DNA from: a virus
IMG/VR virus record: IMGVR_UViG_3300001765_000052
DNA: 64,000 nucleotides
Strand: one strand, 5' to 3'
Part shown: piece after piece, positions 20,483-30,823 of the stretch
How positions within the stretch are numbered: position 1 is the first letter of the stretch
Layout of the letters: every line of letters starts with the position of its first letter
Program-made: the position numbers and the translations under genes
The notes under the pieces: model-generated
The model's input: only the letters and a program-made list of their open reading frames with translations
Told to the model about the DNA's origin: nothing
Databases searched by the model: none

Positions 20483-20923
20483 ATGACTCTACAGTATACG
20501 GGACCAATCTCATTAAATGACATTAATGTTGAGTTGGTTCTCAATGGTTTAATACGATTGAGTGGGACTCCATGTAGAGATCTACTCGATGTCCCAATAG
20601 GAACTATATCTTTATCTAATGCATACGGAAAAAGCAGAAGAACATCTACATATAGATTAAATGCAAATGCAAATACTGTAACGGAAAGGGACGTAATAAC
20701 ATTTACTGTTATTACGACCAATGTCCCGAATTATACATTACTACACTGGATGCTTACACCTAACAGTGTAGCAAACAGTGTAGATTTTACAGGTATACCA
20801 ATCGGTGATGTAAGAATAGTGAATAACAGAGCTGTTTTTACTTTATCTTTATTAGAAGATATGCTTACAGAAGGTTTAGAATCTTTTACAATTAGTCTAT
20901 ATGAAATATTAGGTACACCTTAG
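20483..20923 (+). CDS. N-terminal part of giant Calx-beta/Ig-like repeat virion protein (frameshifted)
   Basis: MTLQYTGPISLNDIN..ISLSNAYGKS head followed by the first repeat ending D.LTEG.ESF. Confidence 0.75.
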   Translation: MTLQYTGPISLNDINVELVLNGLIRLSGTPCRDLLDVPIGTISLSNAYGKSRRTSTYRLNANANTVTERDVITFTVITTNVPNYTLLHWMLTPNSVANSVDFTGIPIGDVRIVNNRAVFTLSLLEDMLTEGLESFTISLYEILGTP

Positions 20924-23900
20924 TTATCACTATTACAGATAGTAGTACAGCAGAAGTTCTTGCTCCACCACCACAAGCTACGTATTTAATTACTGCTAGT
21001 GCATCTAGTGTAGATGAGGGTAGTGTAATTGTATTTAGTGTAGTAACAACACATGTAGAAGATGGGACTCTCCTCAATTACACTGCTACTGGTACTATAA
21101 ATTCAAGTGATGTTTCATCAGTTAGTGGAGTAATATCTATAGTAAATAACAAAGCATTATTTAGCATAGATACATTTGCAGATATAACAACTGAGGGTTC
21201 TGAAACATTTATGTTAAAACTATATTTGGGTGGTGAATTAGTAGCCACTACTTCTAATATAGTTATCAACGATACATCTACAAAAATAATTAGCACACTT
21301 CCAACATATTCAGTTGTAGCAAATACATCTAATGTTAATGAAGGTGGCGTTGTTACATTTAGTGTAATTACTGAGAATATATTAAATGGAACTACATTTA
21401 ATTACTTAGTTGTGGGTAATGCAAATAATACAGATCTTACACCTATGTCCGGATCTGTTATTGTGATTAATAACAGGGGTGTATTTAGTGTTGATACATT
21501 GGCAGATAATCTAACTGAAGGTGCAGAAACCTTTATGGTTAAGTTATACATGGGTACTCAATTAGTAGCCACATCAGCTAATGTCACTATTAATGATAGT
21601 AGCTTATCACCTGAATATCTAGGCGCAGTTTACACTGTTATGGCTAGTGTTACAAACGTAGATGAAGGTGGCGTCGTATTGTTTTACGTCGTTACTAGAA
21701 ATATCCCAGATGGCACTGTTTTCAACTATGGTGTATCAGGTAGTTTTCAAGATGTGGATCTATCGCCCACTGCAGGTGTAATTACAGTTAACAATAATCG
21801 CGGTGTGTTTAGTGTTGACACAAATGTAGATTATTTAGCAGGTCTGAAAATATTCATGGCTAAATTGTATTTAGGTGGTGAATTAGTAGCAGGATCAGCA
21901 AATGTTAATATTATCCAACAGCCAGTCCCGACAGCAGCACCTACTGATGAACCTACTGAAGCACCCGCTAAGAATTATGGAATTAGAGCTAATGTCACAA
22001 GTGTCAATGAAGGGCAAAATGTTATTTTCTATGTGACTACAAAATATGTTACAGATGATACAGTCCTACATTACGATTTAACTGGAACAATAGATAACTT
22101 AGATGTATCAATTACAGCTGGTGACGTAACTATAATTAATAATAAAGGTTTATTTACAGTAGCAATAATTTTAGATCTTAAGACAGAGGGTTTGGAATCA
22201 TTTATAGGTAACCTATACGTAGATAATGCACTCGTTGCAGCAACAGCTAATATTACAATTAATGATAATAGTGTAACATATACAGATCCTCCTACTGATG
22301 CACCTACTGATGCACCTACTGATGCACCTACTGATACACCTTATTATTTAATAGATTGTAATAACGCAGTACAAGAGGGTTCACAATTAACCGTAACATT
22401 TACGACTAATGTAAATGATCCAACAGCAGTTTACATGTGGGAAATAGTACCAAGTAATGGCTTATCTCCATTAGATTTAAATAAATCGACTGGGCAAGTA
22501 TTATTTTCGTCTGGCCAATTTATTACAAACATAGGTGCTACAGCTGACGATGGTGTTGATCCAGATGAAACATTTATAATTTCATTAAAGAAGAATGGCA
22601 TTATTATTATTACTAGTAGTGTGATTACAGTAACAGAGAAAACAGTGAATAAAGTAGTTACTAAATTAACTATTGATCCAACAAATGATATAAATGAAGG
22701 TGAAAGCTTTACTTGTAATGCAGAAACTACTGGTTATGCAGATGGTACTACGTTGTCTTGGAATATTACATATGGAGGCGAGTTTGTTGATGGTGCTAAG
22801 ACCGGGGATGAAACTATAAATAATAACGCAGCTTCATGGACTATACAAACAAAGAGCGATGATATTACTTCTGGTAAAAAACAAATATCTATAAAATGCG
22901 GTACTATTACTACAAAAACATATGTCTTATATACAACTCCAGTAGTTGTACCTACTGTAATAGATCTAATTATTAGACCTACATCAATATCAGAAGGCGG
23001 TAGAGTTACATGTGAAGCAACAACCATTGGTTATGTTAATGGTTCTAAATTAAGTTGGACAATATCAGGCGATACAAGTTTTATTGCAGCAGGATATAGT
23101 AGTGGTAATGAAAATGTATATAATGATTCAGCAACATGGGAGATTGAAGCAACAACCGATACTACTACGAGTGGAACTAAATCGGTCACAGTGAATGCTG
23201 GTGGTATTACAAATGGTTCTTCGGCATCTTTTTCTATTCAATATACCGCAACTGCTCCGCCTCCAGATGCACCACAGTGGGAACTAACTCCAAACGATAC
23301 AGTTATAGATGAAGGCGGTACAGCTAATTACGTATTCAAAACAAAAACAGGATCAAGTTCAGGTGCTGGTGTTGGTTATTCATGGCTTCTTACAGGTCAA
23401 ACTAGTTCTGGAAATAGTACAGATATATTTGGTAGTTCTTTTGGCACTAATCTTACTTACACAGGATCAAATGCTATTATTTCTATAAAAGCTACCGAAG
23501 ACATGAAAACGGAAAGTCAGGAAACATTTATATTAACCGTTACACCAGCTATAGGTAATGTATGTCAAGCAGGTCTTATTATTACAGATACTAGTACAGC
23601 AGCACCACCAAGTCCAACAGTACCACAATGGACATTAACGCCAGATAATGTTGATATAAATGAAGGTCAAAGTGCTGTATTTACACTCTCTACTAGTGCA
23701 GGATCCGGCTCAGGTGAAGGTGTACAATATACTATTGAACTTAGTGGCGTATCAAATACTTCTGATTTAGATGGTTCGATTGTAACTATGAAAAACTACT
23801 CCGGCCCATCAGATACAATTACAATACCGATTAAAGCAGATATGTTAACAGAGGGCAATGAATATTTTATGCTCACCGTTAGACCCGCAGTAGGTAATAC

Positions 23901-26109
23901 AGTCACATCTTCAATCAATATCAAAGATACCAGTACAGCAGCACCAGCAGCACTTACTTGGTCACTAACTCCATCTCAATCATCTGTAGACGAAGGTTCA
24001 GATGCAGCATTTCAATTTGGAAAAATATCAGGAGATAGCACTGGTGTAACTTACACATGGGCTGTTACTGGTGTAAGTGCTAGTGATATCACAAACGGAT
24101 TATTAGCATCGAGTACACCTATAACGTTTACTAATAACGTTGTTATTATAATACCAATCAAATCGGATGTTACAACTGAAGGTGCTGAAACGTTAACCCT
24201 AACTGTTACTCCATCTAGAGGTAATCCGGTATCAGCATCGGTTACAATTAATGATACTAGTAGAAGCAGCGGAACTCCCCCACCATCATACACTGAAACT
24301 TTAATTTTAACTCAAGCATTGACTAAAACTAGCGCAGTAACAACTGATAAGGTAGGAATTATATTAACAATAAATGGACAGATAGATTCTAATACAGGGT
24401 TAACTACTTCAAGTAGTCGGTGGTATCGACTACTTGTTAAAAACACAGCTAAATTTGGCAGTCCAATAGTTGATGATTGGGCAATCTCATTGGCCAATGG
24501 TATACAATATACATCCTATCCGCCTTATAGTTTTAGTATCAATGACGCTACAGCTACAAATGGTGGGCCAGGTCGATATTCTATTGAAATAAGAAAAGCA
24601 GCACCAACTGGGACATTAGGTGACCAAGTCGGAATTACCCAATACCTCGATGTTTCAGCTGGTGCAGAAACAGCTGTGCTTACAATATCAGGTCCTTCAA
24701 CAGTTACAGCCGGAAATCAAATTACATTCAAAGGAAGATCTACAAAAACAATGTCCGCTAGATGGGGGATATCCTACGTGACAGTTGGAGGTGGTAATTC
24801 TATATTTACACCTAACGAGGGTACCATATCACTTGTAGCAGGTGTAGATCAAACGTTTTCATCGACATTGTCCAGTAGTGCCGGTAATGGAATTGCTTGT
24901 AATGGTACATTGGAATCTGCCGATGCTAATATAACAGCTACTAAGGTATACACACCCTTCACAACTGTAGCTAGTGGTGGTGGTACAATTACATATAACA
25001 TTCAAGTATCTTCAACGAATATTGCAGAAGGCGAACCATTAACTATTGTAGTAACATCTAATGATACTAGTGGTTCTGCATATGGAGCATACGCTATGCC
25101 GGTGAGTAGTAATATAACAATGGAAGATTTTGGGACTAGTCCAACTACACCATTTTCATCACCTATTGGTACATATAAAACTCTCGTTAATGGAAGTATT
25201 ACTGATACTATTTATATAGTTAAAGACAATAAAACCGAAGGTCCAGAGTCATTTGTGATAGCTCTTATAAAACAAGGATCAGCGACTGTACTCAAAACTA
25301 GTGACACAATTACTATCAGAGATACTAGTCTAGATACCCCTGTTAATAATACATATGAAATATTAGTAAACAACAGTACTTCTGATATAACTGTCGATGA
25401 ATTAGACGTTGCAAATATAACAATTAAAGTAAATAGTAATGATACAACTGGTCGATCATTTGGGATAGGTGTATACAATGTTGTTGGTAATGTAACTGTC
25501 AATGATTTATTACTGCCAGGTGCTGGCACTGGTAGTCAATTTAGTGGCGGTAGCTTTACATGTACAATAGGTATTAGAGCAGACGCGGTCACTGAACCCG
25601 CTGTTGAATCGTTCAGGCCATGTATCTACCTTATGAGTAACCCTAGTGTTAATATGACTTTAGTTCGAACTGCACCTAAAATCACTATTAATGATACTAG
25701 TAAATCAGCTGGGTTAGGTACTTTTACAGTAGGTTTAAATGGATCTAGTAGTAATACAGTGACTGTAGATGCAGATATGAATTTTGTATTGGATATATAC
25801 CCATCTGGCCACACTCCCGGTAGTGTAATTCAAATAGTAATGGCTAACTCTACTTTAGGTTATACTCATGACTTAGAAGTACGTACTGGTGCAGACAGAG
25901 CTTTAGGTAACGGTGGTGTTACTGTATTCAATGTTACATTGGGAAGTGGAACACATCAAACTGTTACTCTATATGCAAGTGGAACTGGAGCTGCAGGGTT
26001 TAATGGATTCACATTTAAATTACAACTGCAGAATCCTTCTAACGGAGCGGCTCTGGCAACATCAAATTGGGTAATTGTAAATCCACCTAACGGTAATAGT
26101 GGCGTTTAA
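20905..26109 (+). CDS. Giant Calx-beta/Ig-like repeat adhesin/fibre protein, main part
   Basis: Frame of ORF 21211..26109 is open from 20905; many ~100-aa repeats (S.V.EG...D..TEG.E.F...VTINDTS) with P/T-rich linkers. Confidence 0.8.
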   Translation, partial: NIRYTLVITITDSSTAEVLAPPPQATYLITASASSVDEGSVIVFSVVTTHVEDGTLLNYTATGTINSSDVSSVSGVISIVNNKALFSIDTFADITTEGSETFMLKLYLGGELVATTSNIVINDTSTKIISTLPTYSVVANTSNVNEGGVVTFSVITENILNGTTFNYLVVGNANNTDLTPMSGSVIVINNRGVFSVDTLADNLTEGAETFMVKLYMGTQLVATSANVTINDSSLSPEYLGAVYTVMASVTNVDEGGVVLFYVVTRNIPDGTVFNYGVSGSFQDVDLSPTAGVITVNNNRGVFSVDTNVDYLAGLKIFMAKLYLGGELVAGSANVNIIQQPVPTAAPTDEPTEAPAKNYGIRANVTSVNEGQNVIFYVTTKYVTDDTVLHYDLTGTIDNLDVSITAGDVTIINNKGLFTVAIILDLKTEGLESFIGNLYVDNALVAATANITINDNSVTYTDPPTDAPTDAPTDAPTDTPYYLIDCNNAVQEGSQLTVTFTTNVNDPTAVYMWEIVPSNGLSPLDLNKSTGQVLFSSGQFITNIGATADDGVDPDETFIISLKKNGIIIITSSVITVTEKTVNKVVTKLTIDPTNDINEGESFTCNAETTGYADGTTLSWNITYGGEFVDGAKTGDETINNNAASWTIQTKSDDITSGKKQISIKCGTITTKTYVLYTTPVVVPTVIDLIIRPTSISEGGRVTCEATTIGYVNGSKLSWTISGDTSFIAAGYSSGNENVYNDSATWEIEATTDTTTSGTKSVTVNAGGITNGSSASFSIQYTATAPPPDAPQWELTPNDTVIDEGGTANYVFKTKTGSSSGAGVGYSWLLTGQTSSGNSTDIFGSSFGTNLTYTGSNAIISIKATEDMKTESQETFILTVTPAIGNVCQAGLIITDTSTAAPPSPTVPQWTLTPDNVDINEGQSAVFTLSTSAGSGSGEGVQYTIELSGVSNTSDLDGSIVTMKNYSGPSDTITIPIKADMLTEGNEYFMLTVRPAVGNTVTSSINIKDTSTAAPAALTWSLTPSQSSVDEGSDAAFQFGKISGDSTGVTYTWAVTGVSASDITNGLLASSTPITFTNNVVIIIPIKSDVTTEGAETLTLTVTPSRGNPVSASVTINDTSRSSGTPPPSYTETLILTQALTKTSAVTTDKVGIILTINGQIDSNTGLTTSSSRWYRLLVKNTAKFGSPIVDDWAISLANGIQYTSYPPYSFSINDATATNGGPGRYSIEIRKAAPTGTLGDQVGITQYLDVSAGAETAVLTISGPSTVTAGNQITFKGRSTKTMSARWGISYVTVGGGNSIFTPNEGTISLVAGVDQTFSSTLSSSAGNGIACNGTLESADANITATKVYTPFTTVASGGGTITYNIQVSSTNIAEGEPLTIVVTSNDTSGSAYGAYAMPVSSNITMEDFGTSPTTPFSSPIGTYKTLVNGSITDTIYIVKDNKTEGPESFVIALIKQGSATVLKTSDTITIRDTSLDTPVNNTYEILVNNSTSDITVDELDVANITIKVNSNDTTGRSFGIGVYNVVGNVTVNDLLLPGAGTGSQFSGGSFTCTIGIRADAVTEPAVESFRPCIYLMSNPSVNMTLVRTAPKITINDTSKSAGLGTFTVGLNGSSSNTVTVDADMNFVLDIYPSGHTPGSVIQIVMANSTLGYTHDLEVRTGADRALGNGGVTVFNVTLGSGTHQTVTLYASGTGAAGFNGFTFKLQLQNPSNGAALATSNWVIVNPPNGNSGV
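22291..22335 (+). repeat. 12-bp tandem repeat encoding PTDA linker
   Basis: (cctactgatgca)x3 + cctactgat. Confidence 0.9.
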
Positions 26110-26131
26110 AACTAAATAGAAAGATTTTTTT

Positions 26132-26719
26132 ATGAAATATAAATTCACATGGGAAATAAAAGAAATAAACCAAACATTGGGTAATTTCTTTGTAGAATAT
26201 ACTCGACTCGATACAAATAAAAAATATTTGCGAGAGTTAGCAATACCGCCGAGTAATGTAATACTTCAGACATATATTGAAAATAGCTCAATTATTCATA
26301 TGTGGGATATGGAAGTGATTCCAATTCTAGATGAGAGTAATATTGGTTTAACAGGAAACAATACAATCTTTTCTAACCTCAGTATTGCTAAAGAATCTAA
26401 GAAATTAGATATTGCTAGATTGCGTTACAATAAAGAAATTGGCGGGATAGAATTAAATGGCTCTGGTATTTCGACTACACGCGAGTCGCAATCACTAATT
26501 AATTCAGCATTCACTAGTTTAGCAAATAATATTTTAACTGAAGTTGACTTTAAAACTACATCAGGGAAATTTGTTAAATTAGGGTTACCTGAAATAACAG
26601 TTATCGCCACAGCTGTTGCTTCACATGTTCAGTCATGTTTTACACAAGAGAAAACACTTAATGAGCAGGTGGACAATGCTACCACAACTGAAGAGTTAGA
26701 TTTAATTATTTTTCAATAA
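26132..26719 (+). CDS. DUF4376-like tail fibre assembly protein
   Basis: K..DIARLRY.KEIGG..STTRESQS..FKT..FV.L..HVQ.CF..E. Confidence 0.75.
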   Translation: MKYKFTWEIKEINQTLGNFFVEYTRLDTNKKYLRELAIPPSNVILQTYIENSSIIHMWDMEVIPILDESNIGLTGNNTIFSNLSIAKESKKLDIARLRYNKEIGGIELNGSGISTTRESQSLINSAFTSLANNILTEVDFKTTSGKFVKLGLPEITVIATAVASHVQSCFTQEKTLNEQVDNATTTEELDLIIFQ

Positions 26720-26732
26720 GTAAGTTTTAATC

Positions 26733-26773
26733 ATAAATACACCACTAGATTAAAACTCTAGTGGTGTATTTAT
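26733..26773. terminator. 17-bp inverted repeat
   Basis: ataaatacaccactaga / tctagtggtgtatttat. Confidence 0.65.
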
Positions 26774-26797
26774 ATTAATATTTATATTACACTTGTT

Positions 26798-27397
26798 ATG
26801 ATGAAGATTAATAAAGGGTTTAAATTTATGCTAGAATTACCAAACGATTCTATAAATACAGTTAATATAATTGGTATTGATCCTGGTACAGTACACTTAG
26901 GTGTCTCTGTTATATCAATAGACGCGGAAACAAGAGAAATCAGTGGCAGTATTGCTTTTACTATAGATGCGTCTAAGTTAAATAAAAATAGTAGTTGGTT
27001 AATTGATACATATGGAGATAGATTTTCTAGAATAGACTTTTTAACAACTGAGTTATTAGATATATTTATATCGTATAATCCATTAATTATTTGTGCCGAA
27101 TCTCCATTTTTTGGACTCCGTCATCCTAGTGCATTTCAAGCATTGACGGAAGTAATATGTGCAATTAGAAATACGGTGTATAAATTCGATCCGTGGAGAA
27201 CATTAAGATTAGTTTCACCATCAGAAGTTAAGCAAGCAGTTTTTGCAAAAGGTAATGCAACTAAGATAACAGTGAAAGATAGTATACGTGAATTATTAAC
27301 AGAACTTAAATATACAGGAAATATACCATTTGATTCATTAGATGAACATAGCATCGATGCATTAGCTATAGGGTACTATGTTTATAAAAACCTATAG
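26798..27397 (+). CDS. ruvC: RuvC-like Holliday junction resolvase
   Basis: IIGIDPG, ICAESPF, PSEVKQAV, DEHSIDALAIG. Confidence 0.85.
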   Translation: MMKINKGFKFMLELPNDSINTVNIIGIDPGTVHLGVSVISIDAETREISGSIAFTIDASKLNKNSSWLIDTYGDRFSRIDFLTTELLDIFISYNPLIICAESPFFGLRHPSAFQALTEVICAIRNTVYKFDPWRTLRLVSPSEVKQAVFAKGNATKITVKDSIRELLTELKYTGNIPFDSLDEHSIDALAIGYYVYKNL

Positions 27398-27444
27398 CTA
27401 GTGATAATATGTGCATTTAAAGTTTTTATTCAAAAGGTATTAAT

Positions 27445-27879
27445 ATGTTTTTCTTATCTAGGTTATTTTTTACTCTAAACAAAATAAAAGGGTTTTTATT
27501 TATTCTAATTTCGTGTCTTCTTGTTTATTTTGCATACTCATATATAACTAACTATATTAATCAATCCAACTTAAACAAAATAGAAGTTAGTAAAAAAGAA
27601 GATAAAATAAATAACTTAGAAAAAGAACTTAATAAGAATAGTGCATCAGGTATAGTTAGTATTAATGCAGTTACTGAAAATGCACGAGAAAAAATAATTT
27701 ATAAGGATAAAATTATAGAAAAAAAAGTATATGTCAAGGAAAAATTAAATTATATAAACCAATCAAATATTACTAACGATGAAAAAATAAATCAAAAGAG
27801 CGCTGTATATATAGATAATTTATATGCAACGTATTGTTCCACAGATGTAGATGCTTGTAACGAAACAAAAGGAAGTTAA
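27445..27879 (+). CDS. Putative inner-membrane spanin (Rz-like)
   Basis: N-terminal TM helix, coiled coil, C-terminal Cys pair; adjacent to lipoprotein. Confidence 0.65.
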   Translation: MFFLSRLFFTLNKIKGFLFILISCLLVYFAYSYITNYINQSNLNKIEVSKKEDKINNLEKELNKNSASGIVSINAVTENAREKIIYKDKIIEKKVYVKEKLNYINQSNITNDEKINQKSAVYIDNLYATYCSTDVDACNETKGS

Positions 27880-28191
27880 ATGAAATATCTTTTAATTATT
27901 TTAAGTTGTGTTTTTATGCTTGGATGCGCAACTAAAGAAGTAGTCAAAATACAATATGCTGATAAATATGTTTATGTGGAACCACCAGAAGCATTAATGG
28001 TAAATTGTCAAGTAGATAAACCACCCAGTAAGGAAAAATATTTAGCAGTACCTGTTGAAGAAAGAGAAAGAATGCTGTACGAATATTCAAATATACTATT
28101 GATGAGTCTAGGCATTTGTAATATACAATTTAAAGAACTGCGTGCATGGAATCTTAAACAGAAAAAAATTTATTCGCCGGATAAACCATGA
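27880..28191 (+). CDS. Putative outer-membrane spanin lipoprotein (Rz1-like)
   Basis: Lipobox MLGC, PP..LM.NC...PP, C-terminal CN.Q...LRAW. Confidence 0.75.
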   Translation: MKYLLIILSCVFMLGCATKEVVKIQYADKYVYVEPPEALMVNCQVDKPPSKEKYLAVPVEERERMLYEYSNILLMSLGICNIQFKELRAWNLKQKKIYSPDKP

Positions 28192-29495
28192 ATAAGAAAG
28201 ATTTATTTATAAAAGCGATGAAAGCTAAATGCTACGAACGTTTAGCTTGGAGTATGGCTGCTTTTTGTATCGTTCGAGAAAACGAAGAAGAATACAAGAA
28301 AGAGCCCTACCCTTATAGATTAGTACAAACACCAGTTGGTTTTTTCTTTTGTGATCCAGAATCAGGTAATACTTTAACAAAAATCGATGATTTTGTAGCA
28401 GGTGAACCACTTTATAAACCAAAAGATAGATTAGATATTACACCTGACGATATACCTAACTTAACCCAAAACATAAATACAAGTTATGGTAATTTACTTG
28501 TAAATTGGATTACTTTGGTAAATTCTTTTGGTAAAAAAATACCGTATCAAGAAGGTCTATTTTCTATATCTAAAATAGAAAAGATGATAGTTAATTCTAT
28601 TGAAGCTACACCTGATAATATTGCTGACAAAAAAGATGATGTAGTATATATTGACGAGTATGTAAAATTTGGAAATTCTGTTTTCTTTTTAACTGGGTTT
28701 TCTCAGATATGTATTTGGACTGCAACTGAAAAATCATTAGTACCACCTCCAGGATTAAATGAATATAAAGAAAAATTGTTAGCGGAAAATGCAGGTCAAT
28801 TAAATAAAGCTAGTGTGATTGCAAAAATAGATTCACAATTAATGGATTTTGATAAAGAATATCTTAAAGGCGATCCAGTTAATAATTTTCTGATATCTGG
28901 TAAATCTAGAAGCACTAGAAAAAAACTCTATTTAATGCATGGCGCGGAAGTAGATCCAAATGGAAATGGTATTGATGTTCAATTGATAAAGAATTCATTG
29001 GATGAAGGTTGGGATTTAAATGCATTTCCAGCTATGAATAATTCACTTAGAATGGCTTCATTTAATCGCGGTCAAGAAACTGCACTAGGTGGTGTTGCAG
29101 TAAAATGGTTACTTAGAGCATCTACCAATTTAAATGTAACAGAAGATGACTGTGGTAGTAAAATAGGAAAAGTTTTAACTGTAGATGATAATAATAAAAA
29201 AGACTTAATTGGTTTTAATGTTATTATGAATGAAGGTAGTAAAACAGTTGTGGACGAAGCCGATGCATCTTCTTATCTAGGTAAAAAGATCATGGTGAGA
29301 TCTCCTATGTATTGTAAATTACCGTTAACTGATCTATGTAAGGTTTGCGTAGGTAAACGCTTATCTTTAAATTCAAATGGTTTAAGTACTGCTGTTAGTG
29401 AATATGGCAGTTCATTTTTGTTAATATATTTGAAGGCGGCTCATGGGAGAACACTATCATTAGCTAAAATGGATTATAAAACAGCAATAAATTAA
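28188..29495 (+). CDS. Virion RNA polymerase beta'-like C-terminal subunit (phiKZ gp80-like)
   Basis: SFNRG.ETALGG, EDDCGS, RSPMYC..CKVCVG. Confidence 0.85.
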   Translation: MNKKDLFIKAMKAKCYERLAWSMAAFCIVRENEEEYKKEPYPYRLVQTPVGFFFCDPESGNTLTKIDDFVAGEPLYKPKDRLDITPDDIPNLTQNINTSYGNLLVNWITLVNSFGKKIPYQEGLFSISKIEKMIVNSIEATPDNIADKKDDVVYIDEYVKFGNSVFFLTGFSQICIWTATEKSLVPPPGLNEYKEKLLAENAGQLNKASVIAKIDSQLMDFDKEYLKGDPVNNFLISGKSRSTRKKLYLMHGAEVDPNGNGIDVQLIKNSLDEGWDLNAFPAMNNSLRMASFNRGQETALGGVAVKWLLRASTNLNVTEDDCGSKIGKVLTVDDNNKKDLIGFNVIMNEGSKTVVDEADASSYLGKKIMVRSPMYCKLPLTDLCKVCVGKRLSLNSNGLSTAVSEYGSSFLLIYLKAAHGRTLSLAKMDYKTAIN

Positions 29496-29564
29496 AAATA
29501 GTTCAACATAGTCTGAGTGCTAATTAGCGCTATATCTTTTAATATTAATTTAGGAAATTAAAAA

Positions 29565-30263
29565 ATGTCTCTTCCCAATGAAAAGCCAGTACAAGCTAAA
29601 CCACCCATCATTTTAAAAACAGAACCAACAGCTATTATTGCACCTGTTGTTAATCCTGTACTAGAACCTATTATTGAGCCAACTACATCTGGTACAGTGG
29701 TGGCAAAATCTAATGTACCTGTAGGTACAGTATCTACACAAGAAGAAATAAAAGCAGTTATCGAAGAAAAGAAATTGCACGCTGGTGGTTTAATGTTAAC
29801 TAAAGAAGTTTCTTCTTTAATTGATAGAATAGCCGCCACTAAAAATCAAGTAGCAATTAACAACATCGAAGAAGTTAAAGCATATATGCTAGCTATGGCA
29901 CCTGGTCGCACTATGACTCAAGAAGATGGTAGCCGCAATCAAGTTACTTTCTTTAGAACTATTCGCTCTATTATTGAATTTACTGGTGCAGAATTTCAAT
30001 TGAGTTTTGTAACTTTATTGCGCTTATTCGATGAATTTAAAGATGATGTATTCCATGAACGTTATGTGTTTCGTTTTATGGATCACGTTGCTCTTCCACA
30101 AGAAGAGCGCTGGGCATATGAGCGCATTGTTAACTTACTTAAGATTGCTGCACCTGTTCAAGGTAGAAAAGAAGCTTTACGTCAAGTTAATTTTCAAAAG
30201 ACTTTACAACATTCCTTTAGCGACGAAGGTAGAAGAAAAGTATTATCATTCTTTAATGTTTAA
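29565..30263 (+). CDS. Conserved hypothetical (likely virion) protein
   Basis: 232 aa, P-rich N-terminus, AGGA RBS. Confidence 0.65.
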   Translation: MSLPNEKPVQAKPPIILKTEPTAIIAPVVNPVLEPIIEPTTSGTVVAKSNVPVGTVSTQEEIKAVIEEKKLHAGGLMLTKEVSSLIDRIAATKNQVAINNIEEVKAYMLAMAPGRTMTQEDGSRNQVTFFRTIRSIIEFTGAEFQLSFVTLLRLFDEFKDDVFHERYVFRFMDHVALPQEERWAYERIVNLLKIAAPVQGRKEALRQVNFQKTLQHSFSDEGRRKVLSFFNV

Positions 30264-30273
30264 TTAGAATACC

Positions 30274-30309
30274 TACTATCGTTTTCCTAACTATAGGAAA
30301 ACGATAGTA
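30274..30309. terminator. 16-bp inverted repeat
   Basis: tactatcgttttccta / taggaaaacgatagta. Confidence 0.65.
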
Positions 30310-30313
30310 TATT

Positions 30314-30371
30314 CTAGAATTTTTCAGTCATATATCACTAAATTGAATTAGAAACAGTAATGTCTTACTGT
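30314..30371 (+). promoter_or_regulatory. Early promoter plus UGUC-loop leader hairpin
   Basis: ctagaatttttcagtcatatatcactaaattgaat; acagtaa-TGTC-ttactgt. Confidence 0.7.
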
Positions 30372-30399
30372 AGGGTTCGTATCTTTGAAAGGATATATC

Positions 30400-30741
30400 A
30401 TGTCGATAGTCAAATTTCTCGCCTCTGCGTTTAGTTTCAATATGCTTACAAGCATGGACGCCACGGTGAAAACCACTGTGTTGAATGCGCAAAGAGCGCG
30501 CGGATATCTTCTTGACTTTCCTGGTTATGTGTCAGCTATTGGACATGCAAGCTCAGTGGGGCTCTTCGGAGCCCTCCTGGGAATGGATGTCACACCTCCA
30601 GAAGGGCGCATGACTGTCAAAGTTGGGGTCGGGGAAGCAATTATTGTTGGGCAATATTCTGGACCCCGGTTAGAAGTGGGAGTAACTACTCTCCCTGAAG
30701 GAGCTACAATTATATGGCTTCTGGTAGAAATTATTGATTGA
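30400..30741 (+). CDS. acrIII-1: DUF1874 (STIV B116/YddF) protein, AcrIII-1-like cA4 ring nuclease
   Basis: AFSFNML..SAIGH...LLG...R..V..GE...VGQY.GPRL..G family signature; ATG 30400 after AAAGGA; visibly GC-richer than flanks. Confidence 0.75.
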   Translation: MSIVKFLASAFSFNMLTSMDATVKTTVLNAQRARGYLLDFPGYVSAIGHASSVGLFGALLGMDVTPPEGRMTVKVGVGEAIIVGQYSGPRLEVGVTTLPEGATIIWLLVEIID

Positions 30742-30761
30742 TTGATCCTTTGGGGTTAATC

Positions 30762-30790
30762 AAAAGAAAACCCTCCGGGTTTTCTTTTTT
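30762..30790 (+). terminator. Rho-independent terminator
   Basis: aaaagaaaaccc-tcc-gggttttctttt then T run. Confidence 0.8.
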
Positions 30791-30823
30791 GTTTAAATTG
30801 TATGCATTAATTAATAAAACAAT

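Noticed and set aside
20428-25814. Multiple short minus-strand ORFs within the repeat protein
   Set aside because: Antisense shadows caused by codon bias of the T/S/V-rich sense gene.
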